Assembly: GCA_023475345.1 (NCBI GenBank)
Contig: JAMCWD010000067.1
Coordinates: 11,513-75,512, forward strand
Direction: 5' to 3'
Length of the DNA stretch: 64,000 nucleotides
Source: Chloroflexota bacterium
Lineage (GTDB): Bacteria; Vulcanimicrobiota; JAMCWD01
Part shown: piece after piece, positions 38,648-49,238 of the stretch
Layout: each line of letters opens with the position of its first letter
Position numbering within the stretch: the first letter of the stretch is position 1
Program-made: the position numbers and the translations under genes
Notes under the pieces: generated by a model
Told to the model about the DNA's origin: nothing
Databases searched by the model: none
The model's input: only the letters and a program-made list of their open reading frames with translations

Positions 38648-38797
38648 TCAGAACAGCGTATATATGAACGGGCCGAGTACCGAGCTTTCTGCAAAGACTA
38701 TGATGAGACCCAGGATGATTAACATAATGATAATGGGAGCAATCCACCACTTCTTTCTTTCTTTCAGATAAGCCCAGTATTCCTTAAAAAATCCCAC
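38648..38797 (-). CDS. SxtK/DUF5989-like small membrane protein (49 aa)
   Basis: Below ORF-track cutoff. GGAGGAG SD, GTG start, MGFFKEYWAYLKERKKWWIAPIIIMLIILGLIIVFAESSVLGPFIYTLF. Confidence 0.85.
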   Translation of the reverse strand: MGFFKEYWAYLKERKKWWIAPIIIMLIILGLIIVFAESSVLGPFIYTLF

Positions 38798-38809
38798 TGA
38801 TAACTCCTC

Positions 38810-39202
38810 CTAGAATTGATGCTTATATCTTGATGGCTCTATCCCTGCATGTTCTCTTTTTATCCAGTATGATTTCGTGCCGGGATCGAATTTAAGCTTC
38901 AACGGGTCGTGGTTGAAAAGCCTGTAAACGATTGCTATAGGCGTTACTACCAGATAAAACATGATAAACATGATTACCGATGTCATGATGGTTCCGATAA
39001 AATGCGCAAAAGCCATCCAGCCACTCCTGACCGGGCCGAGCAAGCCGGGGATTAAAAGCCCCGAAATGATAAGCAGCGCTCCAAAGGCGGCGATATACGG
39101 CCAGAAAGATTTTTCCCTCCAGTAAAGCAGCGCTCCTAATAATATAAAGGCAGCCCCGAGAACAAGGCCGAATTTCCTGTTTTCGCTTCGCTCGTTTTTC
39201 AT
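38810..39202 (-). CDS. SxtJ-like membrane protein
   Basis: RKFGL, WM.FA..IG, FYLVVTP, DPL, SYW..R, ends QF; follows the carbamoyltransferase. Confidence 0.82.
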   Translation of the reverse strand: MKNERSENRKFGLVLGAAFILLGALLYWREKSFWPYIAAFGALLIISGLLIPGLLGPVRSGWMAFAHFIGTIMTSVIMFIMFYLVVTPIAIVYRLFNHDPLKLKFDPGTKSYWIKREHAGIEPSRYKHQF

Positions 39203-39215
39203 AATATTTCTTTCT

Positions 39216-41033
39216 TCAATCGGGCGGGAATTCCCGCTTCCAATCTTTATCCTCAGCAAGAACCGGCTGGGCCTTCTTGTCCAGGAGATAATTTCCCAGA
39301 AGGAGATAATCCATCTCCGTCCGCATGAAACAGCGGTACGCATCTTCCGGCGAGCATACTATCGGCTCGCCGCGCACGTTGAACGATGTATTGATTATCA
39401 CCGGGCAGCCGTATTTTTTATCGAACGCGGAGATCATATCGTAATAAAGCGGGTTCGTCTCACGGTGGACCGTCTGAACCCTGGCGGAATAATCAACATG
39501 AGTAATCGCTGGGATCGATGACCTGAGGACGTTGAGCTTGTCTATGCCGAAAAGGCCCCTCTCCTCTTCGCTCATCTTTCGGCAATGCTTTTCTCTGACG
39601 TTGGAAACAAGGAGCATATACGGGCTTGCACAACTCATATCGAACCACTCGGAAATCTTATCAGAAAGGACCGAGGGGGCAAAAGGCCTGAAGCTCTCCC
39701 TGTACTTGATCTTCAGGTTCATGATCGACTGCATTCTGGGGCTCCTGGCGTCGCCGATTATAGATCTTGCGCCAAGCGCCCTGGGGCCGAATTCCATGCG
39801 CCCGTTGAACCAGCCTATAACGTTTTCACCTGCTATCAAGTCCGCTATAACTCCGGGGATTTCTTCATCCGAAAACCGCCTGTACGGGAGGCCGTTGTCT
39901 TCAAGATATTTTAGTATCGGGCCGTTATTATACCGGGGACCGAGGAAAGAACCTTTTTGAAAATCCGATTTTTCATCGGCGATGCGTTCTTTGCCCAGGT
40001 AATGATGCCACGCGATAAGGGCGGCTCCCATCGCTCCGCCCGCATCGCCGGATGCGGGCTGGATCCATAATCTTTCAAAAGGCCCGTCGCGCAGGATACG
40101 GCTGTTGCCGACACAGTTAAGCGCCACGCCGCCTGCAAGGCACAGGTTCTTCATGCCTGTTTCGTTGTGGACATGGCGGGCCATCCTCAGCATTATCTCC
40201 TCGGTAACTTCCTGGACCGAACGGGCTATATCCATATAATGCTGCGACATTTTGGATTCCGGCTTCCGGGGAGGCGCGCCGAAAAGCTTTTCAAACTTCT
40301 TATTAATCATCCTGAGGCCGGTACAATAATCGAAATATTCCATGTTAAGCCTGAAGGAGCCGTCTTCTTTGAGATCGACAAGCTCTTTCAAAATCAGCTT
40401 AACATATTTCGGCTCCCCATAAGGCGCGAGGCCCATCAACTTGTATTCTCCAGAATTGACTTTGAAGCCGGTGTAGTACGTGAACGCCGAATAAAGCAGG
40501 CCCGGCGAATGAGGGAATTTCAGCTCGGCCATAAGCTCCAGCCTGTTGCCTTTCCCGATGCCGTATGATGCGGTTGACCACTCCCCTACCCCGTCGAGCG
40601 TCAGTATGGCGGCCTCGTTGAACGGGGACGGGAAGAAAGCCGATGCCGCATGGGATTCGTGGTGTTCCGGGAAAAGGATCTCGCCTTTAAAATCAAGTTC
40701 CTTCCTGATGATCTTTTCGAGATGGAGCTTCTGCTTGACCCACAAAGGGACGGCCTTTATGAAAGATGCGAAACCCCCCGGTGCAAAGGCGAGATATGTT
40801 TCGAGGATCCTTTCGAATTTCAAAAGCGGCTTGTCGTAGAAAACGACAATGTCGGGACCTTTCCCGCTTATCCCGCCTTCTTCAAGGCAATAGCGGACGG
40901 CATTTACAGGGAAGCTGAAATCATGCTTTTTGCGGGTGAACCGCTCTTCCTGCGCGGCGGCGATAATCTCGCCGTCCGTAACGAGACATGCCGCGCTGTC
41001 GTGATAAAAAGCAGAAATGCCAAGGATGTTCAT
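39216..41033 (-). CDS. O-carbamoyltransferase (NodU/CmcH/SxtI family)
   Basis: ILGISAFYHDSAA, AAQEERF.R.KH, EHHESHAASAF, DGVGE, GEYKLMGLAPYG, AGGVALNC, EFGPRALG, NTSFNVRGEP. Confidence 0.95.
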   Translation of the reverse strand: MNILGISAFYHDSAACLVTDGEIIAAAQEERFTRKKHDFSFPVNAVRYCLEEGGISGKGPDIVVFYDKPLLKFERILETYLAFAPGGFASFIKAVPLWVKQKLHLEKIIRKELDFKGEILFPEHHESHAASAFFPSPFNEAAILTLDGVGEWSTASYGIGKGNRLELMAELKFPHSPGLLYSAFTYYTGFKVNSGEYKLMGLAPYGEPKYVKLILKELVDLKEDGSFRLNMEYFDYCTGLRMINKKFEKLFGAPPRKPESKMSQHYMDIARSVQEVTEEIMLRMARHVHNETGMKNLCLAGGVALNCVGNSRILRDGPFERLWIQPASGDAGGAMGAALIAWHHYLGKERIADEKSDFQKGSFLGPRYNNGPILKYLEDNGLPYRRFSDEEIPGVIADLIAGENVIGWFNGRMEFGPRALGARSIIGDARSPRMQSIMNLKIKYRESFRPFAPSVLSDKISEWFDMSCASPYMLLVSNVREKHCRKMSEEERGLFGIDKLNVLRSSIPAITHVDYSARVQTVHRETNPLYYDMISAFDKKYGCPVIINTSFNVRGEPIVCSPEDAYRCFMRTEMDYLLLGNYLLDKKAQPVLAEDKDWKREFPPD

Positions 41034-41267
41034 TTATCGAACACATTCCTCCTGTTGTGCAATATTATATTCGATTTTTTTCCATAAAGTCCAGAACATA
41101 ATAATATTTAAAATCAGCTTTGGACCCGGCATGTAATTTTCCGCCGGGAAAAAGTTGTATTTTATCTTGGTTGAGTGTTATCATTTTACAAGGACAAATT
41201 TTTCGAGCATTGAAATTTGTCGGTATAAGCGGGGTTTGAGATTTGAGTCTCATCGAGAAAGTCAAAC

Positions 41268-42473
41268 ATGAAAGAGCCGAATAACTCAAGCGTCGATACC
41301 GGCTCCGATTCGACGGTGAAACAGCATCCCGGCAATACGAACAGGCGCTTGAACGGCGCAAAAAAACCGGGCTTTTTTATCATTACCGTTTTCCTGCTGA
41401 TAACTATCGCCGCGCTGCTATACCTTGGCTCGATAATTTACCGGACTAACCTTCTCCGAAACAAAATCCATCTCATCTGGAGTTCGAAAAATTATACCTA
41501 CGACCGGGATCTGGGATTCGCCCCGAAACCTGGGACATCGAGCGACATATACGGCGTACCCGTTTGCTATGATGACGAGGGCTTCAGAATACCGGAAGGA
41601 GCAGGTCTTAACACTCCGAAAAAACGGCCGCTGGTATTGGCTCTTGGGGACTCGTTTACTTACGGAGATATGTGCCCTGCGGAAAACACCTTCCCGCACA
41701 TCGCCGGCAAGAAGCTGAACGGCACGACGCTGAACGCCGGGGGATGCAGCTACGGCCTGTCACAGATGCTCCTGCTCGCAAAAAAACTGATACCCGAATA
41801 CAAGCCCGACTATGTCCTGGCCCAGTATTCGCCCTGGCTTGCGGAAAGATCAATGACCCCTTTCGGCACGGACACCTTTTGCATCCTCACAAACCCTTAC
41901 TTTGCAAAATCTGGAAACGGCGGAATCTTTATTTACCCGGTGGTTTTCAAAAGCAAAATTTTCGATCTCCCTTTGAAAAAATATGTCGAAAATCCCGGGA
42001 AGAACGGATGGCTTTCATTCCTTATAAATGTCGGCATCCCGCTTTATACCGCTGAAGATATAAACATGTTAAAATACAACATCGCACGCTTTACCGGCAA
42101 AATTCCCGCGCCGTACTCCGACCGGGATAAAATCGTAAAGTACACTTACGAAGAGATGGAAAAGTTGTGCGAACAAAACGGCTCAAAGCTTGTAATAGTT
42201 ATGCTTGGCGCTTATTCCATTGCAATCAGGCCGGACGAACTCCCCCGACCCGAACTGAAAATATTGAAAGGCTTGAACGGCCCTGTGCTGGTTGACGCAA
42301 TTACACCGTTATACGGCAGGCTCGGCGAGAAATCCGGCGAAGCTTACCGGAAGGAGTATTGTAGCTGGGTCGATAACCCGCCGAGATGCGTGGATGAGCA
42401 TCCGAATAAGCTCGCGCATGAAATAATCGCCGAAAAAATAGTTAAAACAATAACCGGGGTCAAGGAGCCTTGA
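41268..42473 (+). CDS. Membrane-anchored SGNH/GDSL hydrolase-like protein
   Basis: N-terminal TM, LALGDSFTYG, NAG..SYG, DEHPN. Confidence 0.82.
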   Translation: MKEPNNSSVDTGSDSTVKQHPGNTNRRLNGAKKPGFFIITVFLLITIAALLYLGSIIYRTNLLRNKIHLIWSSKNYTYDRDLGFAPKPGTSSDIYGVPVCYDDEGFRIPEGAGLNTPKKRPLVLALGDSFTYGDMCPAENTFPHIAGKKLNGTTLNAGGCSYGLSQMLLLAKKLIPEYKPDYVLAQYSPWLAERSMTPFGTDTFCILTNPYFAKSGNGGIFIYPVVFKSKIFDLPLKKYVENPGKNGWLSFLINVGIPLYTAEDINMLKYNIARFTGKIPAPYSDRDKIVKYTYEEMEKLCEQNGSKLVIVMLGAYSIAIRPDELPRPELKILKGLNGPVLVDAITPLYGRLGEKSGEAYRKEYCSWVDNPPRCVDEHPNKLAHEIIAEKIVKTITGVKEP

Positions 42474-42480
42474 ACCTGAG

Positions 42481-43716
42481 ATGAATACGGGAAAAAATAA
42501 CGATCTAAAAGATCCTACAAATCCGTCTTCCGGCGCTGGAAATAACCGGCCATCCGATAATCAGGCAGCCGACAGGAAGAAAAGGTTGATGAATGCGCTT
42601 ATAACGATCATCCTTTTCGCATTAATTATTTCTTTCGGGATTGTAGTGCGCGCGGCCATCAGCGCAGACCGTTTATACAGGCATCTAAAAAGCAAGCAAT
42701 CATTTGTTGCAAGTCAAATGTTCAAGGGGGACCCAAAACTCGGATATGCCAACACCGGCGAATTCAGAGCGCCAGAGAGCGAACCATACGAACAGGATGT
42801 ATCAACCAGGTTCGAACTCAACGGCACGTGGATCCCCGCAAATATAAAAGTATCGAAATCTTCCATCCCCGTCATACTTGCCCTAGGCTGTTCTTTTACA
42901 TACGGAATGTCCTGCAATGAAGACGAAACTTATTCTTATATCGTCGGAAAAAAGTTACACGGCATATCTTTAAATGCAGGGCTTGGCGGTGCGGGTCTTG
43001 CACATATGCTTTTGATCGCCAAAAAATTAATACCTGAATTTAAACCCAACATCGTTTTGGTCCAGTATTCGCCCTGGCTTTCGGAAAGGTCAATCCAACC
43101 TTTCTCACGCTCCGCCCGGGACGTCATCCCGACGCCTTTTTTTTCGGAAACTTCCGATGGAAAAATTAAACTTAACCCTCCTATATATAAATCAAAATTT
43201 TTCGACCTCCCTTCGAAATTTCGTTATACCCCGATGAGCACACGCGATTATATCTCGTTCATGTCAAAAGTCGGGATACCGTTGTACATCAATGAACATA
43301 TCAACACCCTGATATTCCTGGCAAAAAGAGAACTGCGGCTTACGCCGAACTTCACCAGGGACAAGCAAAAAATCGTCGAGTTAGCCTACAACGAAATCGC
43401 GGAGATCTGCGCCCGGAACAATGCGAAAATGGTTGTTGTTTTCATGGGGGGCTACGACACACTGAAACTTGAAGACTTCCCGAAAGAAGAACTGGATAAA
43501 ATCTATGCAATCAAAAATTTAATTTTTGTGGATACGACGGCTCCCCTGTTCGAACACCTTAAACAACATACTCCTGAAGAATATATAAAAACATATAACA
43601 CGGTAATAAATACAAAGCCGGTAATGACGGACATCCATCCGAACAAGGCGGCGCATGGAATAATCGCCGAAGAAATAGTAAAGGCATTAAAAAAGAGTGA
43701 ATCGGGCAACCGTTAA
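42481..43716 (+). CDS. Membrane-anchored SGNH/GDSL hydrolase-like protein (paralogue)
   Basis: LALGCSFTYG, AKKLIPE, QYSPWL.ERS shared with the upstream gene, DIHPN. Confidence 0.8.
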   Translation: MNTGKNNDLKDPTNPSSGAGNNRPSDNQAADRKKRLMNALITIILFALIISFGIVVRAAISADRLYRHLKSKQSFVASQMFKGDPKLGYANTGEFRAPESEPYEQDVSTRFELNGTWIPANIKVSKSSIPVILALGCSFTYGMSCNEDETYSYIVGKKLHGISLNAGLGGAGLAHMLLIAKKLIPEFKPNIVLVQYSPWLSERSIQPFSRSARDVIPTPFFSETSDGKIKLNPPIYKSKFFDLPSKFRYTPMSTRDYISFMSKVGIPLYINEHINTLIFLAKRELRLTPNFTRDKQKIVELAYNEIAEICARNNAKMVVVFMGGYDTLKLEDFPKEELDKIYAIKNLIFVDTTAPLFEHLKQHTPEEYIKTYNTVINTKPVMTDIHPNKAAHGIIAEEIVKALKKSESGNR

Positions 43717-43817
43717 TTAACATTGCATGACGGATAAACAAAAGGAAATTTTTCTTCCGGTAGGTTTTTACCGGTATCGATAGAAAAGTATTCCATAGGA
43801 TTAGAAAGGAGCTTTTT

Positions 43818-44486
43818 ATGCCTGTACTTACAATATCGCGTCAGATGGGAAGCGGCGGAGATAAAATAGCTCAGGAAACGGCGAAGCTATTGGGCTGGTC
43901 ATATTTCGACAAGGACCTGCTTAGAAAAGCTGCAGCCGAGTCAGGGCTTTCAGTCGAGCACGTAGTGGATTTCAACGAAGACAGCTATCCCGTAAGAGAT
44001 TTCTGGGACCGCCTCCTGGGAGGAGCCGATAAAATAGCGATGGCAAGGTTCAAAGAAGTCGATGAAAACGGCACGGTTATACTCACGGAAGACCTTCTCG
44101 ACGAGGAAAGATGCCTGGCGTTCATCCAGAGCACGCTTTATCACCTGAAGGATAAAGGGAATATCGTGATAATAGGCCGCGGGGGGCAGGCCCTTTTCCG
44201 GGAATACGACGGGGCTTTCCATGTCAGGATAATCGCCCGCATGGAAAAAAGAATCGAAGAGATGATGATGAGGGCTGAAACCACGAAGGAAGAAGCCGCC
44301 GAATATCTTAAAAAACGGGATACGGCGGCATCCCAGTATATCAGGCGCTTTTACAACGAAAACTGGGAAGATCCCATGCTTTATCACATGGTCGTAAATT
44401 CAAGTTTCATCGATGAAGATACGGCGGCCGAAGTGCTGGCGGATGCCGTAAGAAAATATTTTACCTGCAAGGAGATCCCGTTTTGA
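43818..44486 (+). CDS. Cytidylate kinase-like family protein
   Basis: TISRQMGSGG, VIIGRGG, YHMVVNS. Confidence 0.85.
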   Translation: MPVLTISRQMGSGGDKIAQETAKLLGWSYFDKDLLRKAAAESGLSVEHVVDFNEDSYPVRDFWDRLLGGADKIAMARFKEVDENGTVILTEDLLDEERCLAFIQSTLYHLKDKGNIVIIGRGGQALFREYDGAFHVRIIARMEKRIEEMMMRAETTKEEAAEYLKKRDTAASQYIRRFYNENWEDPMLYHMVVNSSFIDEDTAAEVLADAVRKYFTCKEIPF

Positions 44487-45511
44487 AAAGCACGGCCATG
44501 GTGCTGACTGCGCCGGAGACGATTATAAAAGAAGAAAAGCCTGTGCCTGAGCCTGGCCCCAATTATGCAAGGGTAAAGGTGATATGGGCCGGTATATGCA
44601 GCACGGATCTTGCAATTTACAGCGGAGACTATAAAGTCCAGCTCCCCCTTGTTCTCGGACATGAATTTTCAGGAATTGTTGAAGCGGTGGGCCCCGGCGT
44701 GTCTCCGAACTGGGTGGGCAAGCCTGTTGTCGGGGAAATCAACGATACATGCCTTGTAACAGGCGACCCGGCCCCTTGCGCCGCCTGCATGAGAGGGCTG
44801 CCGCATCACTGCATCCGCCGGACGGTACTGGGAATAGACCGTCATGACGGCGCATTTGCAGAACACGCGCTCATCCCCCACGGGAACCTCCACAGGGTCC
44901 AGGAAGGGCTGAGCCTCCGCGAGGCGGCCTTCGCGGAACCGCTTGCGGCCGCTTTCCAGGCATTCGTGGGCTTCCATATCGAGCCGGGCTCCCTTGTTGT
45001 CGTGCTCGGAGCCGGAAGGCTGGGTCTTCTCATTACTGCAGTCGCAAAAGATAAAAATTTAAAGGTCATAGCGGTTGACCCCAATGAAAAGCAAAGAGAA
45101 ACCGCCATGAAATTCGGAGCCTCGGAATGTTTTGCGCCTGACGGTTCTCTGCCCGAAAAAATAAAACGGCTGACCGAAGGCCTGGGGGCCGACGTGGTGG
45201 TAGAGGCCAGTTCACATCCCGAAGGTCTCAATACCGCAATAAATATCGTGAGGCCGCAGGGGATAGTCGTGCAGAAATCCACGCCGGGCCTTGTTTCCGG
45301 CGGCATCGATATTACCAGGATCGCAGTTAATGAAATAAGGATCCAGGGCTCCCGCTGCGGCCCGTTCAAGGAATCGATGGCCATGCTCGACCGGCATATA
45401 TTGCCGCTTGATGAAATGATCCGGGGAGAATATCCTCTCGACCGGCTCCGCGAAGCGTTGGAAGACGCTGCAAAAGGCGGGAAAATCCTCATCAGGGTAT
45501 CCGAAGAATAA
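44483..45511 (+). CDS. Zinc-dependent alcohol dehydrogenase (MDR family)
   Basis: GICSTD, GHEFSG, C..C..C...C structural Zn, EPLA, GAGRLG, GSRCGPF. Confidence 0.9.
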   Translation: MKSTAMVLTAPETIIKEEKPVPEPGPNYARVKVIWAGICSTDLAIYSGDYKVQLPLVLGHEFSGIVEAVGPGVSPNWVGKPVVGEINDTCLVTGDPAPCAACMRGLPHHCIRRTVLGIDRHDGAFAEHALIPHGNLHRVQEGLSLREAAFAEPLAAAFQAFVGFHIEPGSLVVVLGAGRLGLLITAVAKDKNLKVIAVDPNEKQRETAMKFGASECFAPDGSLPEKIKRLTEGLGADVVVEASSHPEGLNTAINIVRPQGIVVQKSTPGLVSGGIDITRIAVNEIRIQGSRCGPFKESMAMLDRHILPLDEMIRGEYPLDRLREALEDAAKGGKILIRVSEE

Positions 45512-45555
45512 ACAAATGCGTGTCAAAATAATCACAAAGACCGTGCGGAGGCGTC

Positions 45556-47124
45556 ATGAGCACTGAAACAAAAAATAGCGAAAAAATTTTCTATAACGAG
45601 CACGATTATAACAATTCCCATTACAACGAGAAACTGGGAGACCCGGGAAATTACCCGTTCACGCGGGGCGTCTATCCTACAATGTACACCGGCAGGCTCT
45701 GGACCATGCGGCAGTACTCCGGGTTCGGCGACGCCGACGAAACCAACGAAAGATTTCGTTACCTGATCGAGCAGGGACAGACGGGGCTTTCCGTCGCATT
45801 CGATCTGCCGACCCAACTGGGGTATGATTCCGACGATCCCATGTCGCTGGGTGAGGTCGGCAAAGTCGGCGTTGTAATAGATTCCCTGTATGATATGGAG
45901 CGGCTTTTCTCCGGCATCAAGCTTGCCGACGTCAGCACATCGATGACGATAAATGCGCCCGCGCTGGTCCTCCTTGCAATGTATGCCGCGCTCGGAGAAA
46001 AACAGGGCGCGGACATATCAAGTCTCCGGGGCACTATACAGAATGACATCCTTAAGGAATACATGGCGCGCGGGACATACATATTCCCGCCCGAACATTC
46101 CCTCCGCCTCATAACCGACTCATTCAGGGCGGGGAAGCAATACATGCCCCACTGGAACATCATCAGCATAAGCGGTTACCATATACGTGAAGCCGGTTCC
46201 ACGGCGGTACAGGAAGTGGCCTTTACGCTTGCAAACGGCATAGCTTACGTGGAGCGCGCCCTGGAAGCCGGGCTTGAGGTAGATGATTTCGCTGGAAATC
46301 TTTCGTTCTTCTTCGGTGTCCATAACGACCTTATCGAAGAGGTGGCTAAATTCCGCGCGGCGCGGAGGATCTGGGCGAAGATCATGAAGGAGCGCTTCGG
46401 TGCCCAAAATGCAAAATCCATGATGCTGAGGTTCCACTCCCAGACATGCGGAAGCACCCTCACGTCGGCCCAGCCCATGAACAACCTGATCCGCGTTACC
46501 ATACAGGCGCTTGCCGCAGTGCTCGGCGGGACACAGAGCCTCCATACGAATTCCTGGGACGAGGCACTTGCGCTTCCGAGCATCGAGTCGGTCAGGCTCG
46601 CACTGAGGACACAGCAGATAATAGGCCATGAAAGCGGAGTCCCTAAAATAGCCGATCCGCTAGGCGGCTCTTATGCCGTCGAGACAATAACCGGCAGGAT
46701 CGAAGAAGAAGCCTCCAAATACATAGAAAACATAGACCGGATGGGGGGCGTCCTTGCAGGCCTTAAAAACGGCTATTTCAAGCGGGAAATAGAGAACTCG
46801 GCGTATGATTACCAGAAGGAGATCGAGTCGGAAAAAAGAGTGGTGGTCGGGGTTAACAAATTTACATCTGACGAAAAAGCACATGTCGATCTCGAAAAGC
46901 CCGACCCGATGGTTGAGAAAAGGCAGGTGGAAAGGCTCCGCGAGCACCGCAAAAACAGGGATGAAGGCAGGGTCAAATCAACACTTGCCGCTCTTGAAGA
47001 TGCGGCTGGAAACCCGGAAGGGAAATTGTTCGAGCCTGTTTTTGAAGCGGTAAAATCCTACGCCACGTTAGGCGAAATATGCGGCGTGCTCAGGAGCGTT
47101 TTCGGAGAATGGCGCGACGCCTAG
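45556..47124 (+). CDS. Methylmalonyl-CoA mutase, substrate-binding (large) subunit
   Basis: [55 protein letters not shown]; no DxHxxG B12 domain. Confidence 0.92.
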   Translation: MSTETKNSEKIFYNEHDYNNSHYNEKLGDPGNYPFTRGVYPTMYTGRLWTMRQYSGFGDADETNERFRYLIEQGQTGLSVAFDLPTQLGYDSDDPMSLGEVGKVGVVIDSLYDMERLFSGIKLADVSTSMTINAPALVLLAMYAALGEKQGADISSLRGTIQNDILKEYMARGTYIFPPEHSLRLITDSFRAGKQYMPHWNIISISGYHIREAGSTAVQEVAFTLANGIAYVERALEAGLEVDDFAGNLSFFFGVHNDLIEEVAKFRAARRIWAKIMKERFGAQNAKSMMLRFHSQTCGSTLTSAQPMNNLIRVTIQALAAVLGGTQSLHTNSWDEALALPSIESVRLALRTQQIIGHESGVPKIADPLGGSYAVETITGRIEEEASKYIENIDRMGGVLAGLKNGYFKREIENSAYDYQKEIESEKRVVVGVNKFTSDEKAHVDLEKPDPMVEKRQVERLREHRKNRDEGRVKSTLAALEDAAGNPEGKLFEPVFEAVKSYATLGEICGVLRSVFGEWRDA

Positions 47125-48044
47125 CTTTTCCGGGATCTGAAAAACTCCAGGGTTTTTTGCAGACCATCTTCAAGGGCTACCGCCGGCTTCCATCCCAGCT
47201 TCTCCCCGGCAAGACGCGCATCAAGGGCTATGTGCATTACTTCGCCCGGGCGGACCGCCTCGTAAACAGACTCCGTATCTACACCCATGATACCGGTCAG
47301 CACGCTGAAGATCCTGTTTACCGAAGTCTGTACGCCTGTCCCGATATTCATCGTAAGGCCGGAAGCCCTGTCCAGAGCCAGAAGGTTCGCCCCGGCGATA
47401 TCGCCTACATATACGTAATCGCGGGTCTGCTCCCCGTCTCCGAAAATCACGGGGGCTTTTTTCGAAAGAAGGCGGCCGCAAAAAATGGCGACGACTCCCG
47501 CTTCGCCCATCGGGTCCTGGCGGGGACCGTAAACATTGGCATAACGTAAAATGGTATATTCCATTCCGTATAACCTGTTGTACAGCCCGATATATTGCTC
47601 GAAGCAGAATTTGCTCGTCCCATATCCTGCCAGCGGCCTGACAGGATGGTTTTCGTCGCACGGGATATATTCCGGCTCCCCGTATATGGCTCCGCCGGTC
47701 GATGCGTAAATAATTTTTTTAACTCCGTACTCGCGACAGTTTTCAAGAAGCCTTACGGCATCCAGAATATTTATCCGCGCGTCATGAACGGGGTCCGATA
47801 CAGACTTGCGGACATCTATCTGGGCCGCGTGATGACATACAACATCAGGCTTGAATTCCTTGAAGACATCCCCCGCCTGCGGGGAGCCTATGCCTGCTTC
47901 GTAAAATTCGGCGCCGGGATTGATGTTTGCGAGCTTCCCTGTCGAAAGGTCGTCTATCACCGCCACCTCGTGGCCTTCTTTCAGGAAACTGTCAACCACA
48001 TGAGAACCTATGAACCCCGCCCCACCCGTTACCAGTATCCGCAT
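47121..48044 (-). CDS. NAD-dependent epimerase (UDP-glucose 4-epimerase-like)
   Basis: [42 protein letters not shown]. Confidence 0.9.
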   Translation of the reverse strand: MRILVTGGAGFIGSHVVDSFLKEGHEVAVIDDLSTGKLANINPGAEFYEAGIGSPQAGDVFKEFKPDVVCHHAAQIDVRKSVSDPVHDARINILDAVRLLENCREYGVKKIIYASTGGAIYGEPEYIPCDENHPVRPLAGYGTSKFCFEQYIGLYNRLYGMEYTILRYANVYGPRQDPMGEAGVVAIFCGRLLSKKAPVIFGDGEQTRDYVYVGDIAGANLLALDRASGLTMNIGTGVQTSVNRIFSVLTGIMGVDTESVYEAVRPGEVMHIALDARLAGEKLGWKPAVALEDGLQKTLEFFRSRKS

Positions 48045-48209
48045 AAGCTCACCTCAACATACAAGTTCAATCAGGCTTCGCCCGGACGGTTTCAAATCCT
48101 GCCTGCCGCCTTGTGCGGTTCGAATAAACAGGTACGGGACTTGAAGGATTTATCGCCCCTGTAAATGAATCAAGATCCAGGATTATTCGATTCTCCGCGA
48201 GGATATTTC

Positions 48210-49238
48210 ATGAATAAAATCGGCATAGCGTTTGTTGACGACTGGGAACTTCGGGGGTCCGGCGGCGGGAACGTAACGGAGCACCAGCACAAGCCTGCCC
48301 TCAGGCTGATGGATATTTACGAAAAGCACGGCATCAAGGGATCTTTCACCGCCGAAACATTACAACAGCTTGCGTTCAGAAAAGCAGCCGCAAAACATGA
48401 AGAGCTTCTCCCTCAAATAGAACTGTGGGATGAGACCCTCAAAACGATGATAAGGCGGGGGCATGACGTCCAACTCCACCTCCACATCCAGTGGCACGAC
48501 GCCGAATATAAGGACGGCACATGGGAAGTCGGACACAACTGGAACATAGCCGACTATCCAGAAGAGATCATCGACGGCTACATCGCGCGCGGGAAACAAT
48601 ATCTCGAAAATCTTCTCAAGCCCATAACGCCCGGCTATTCAGCCTGTGTCTTCAGATCGGGGGCATGGGCTATGAGCCCCGGCAGGACGCCGCTTGAATG
48701 CCTGATTAAAAACGGGATCGACATCGACATCTCCGTTTGTTATGGAGTTTATTTCCATAACGAACATTACACTGTCGATTACCGCGTGCTTGAAGAACCT
48801 TTCTTTCCTTACTATCCCGACCTCGACGATATTAAAAAAGTTTCAGACAGACCGGCGGCCATTGTAGAAGTGCCGACACAATCACTTTTGCGGAGATCCG
48901 AAAACCACATTGTTAATTTTCTAAGGCAGTTAAAGGGTGGCCTGACGGGGAATAAAAATGTTTTCCCGCGGGACCCGTTCAACATCTGCGCCCTGCCGCT
49001 GTTTGACATGAAGTACGGGATAGATGACATTATGAAGCGTTTTCTTAAAAGCCCGCTTCCTTTCGTTCCGGCCGTCCTGGAAAACCATACGAAGGATCTT
49101 CAAAACTTCGACGATATAGACATGTTCATCTCATACATCAAGGAGAAATACGGCAGGCACGTTTCATTCATAACACTGCGTGAAATGCGCGATTTTATAA
49201 TTGAAAATAAAGATGAAACGGTAAGAATCAAAAAATGA
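48210..49238 (+). CDS. Polysaccharide deacetylase-like protein
   Basis: DDWE, GHDVQLHLH, FRSGAW. Confidence 0.75.
   Translation: MNKIGIAFVDDWELRGSGGGNVTEHQHKPALRLMDIYEKHGIKGSFTAETLQQLAFRKAAAKHEELLPQIELWDETLKTMIRRGHDVQLHLHIQWHDAEYKDGTWEVGHNWNIADYPEEIIDGYIARGKQYLENLLKPITPGYSACVFRSGAWAMSPGRTPLECLIKNGIDIDISVCYGVYFHNEHYTVDYRVLEEPFFPYYPDLDDIKKVSDRPAAIVEVPTQSLLRRSENHIVNFLRQLKGGLTGNKNVFPRDPFNICALPLFDMKYGIDDIMKRFLKSPLPFVPAVLENHTKDLQNFDDIDMFISYIKEKYGRHVSFITLREMRDFIIENKDETVRIKK

Noticed and set aside
38648-43716. Saxitoxin biosynthesis cluster
   Set aside because: Only sxtI/J/K/L-like accessory homologues are present; no sxtA, sxtG or sxtB-like core genes, and the context is glycan biosynthesis
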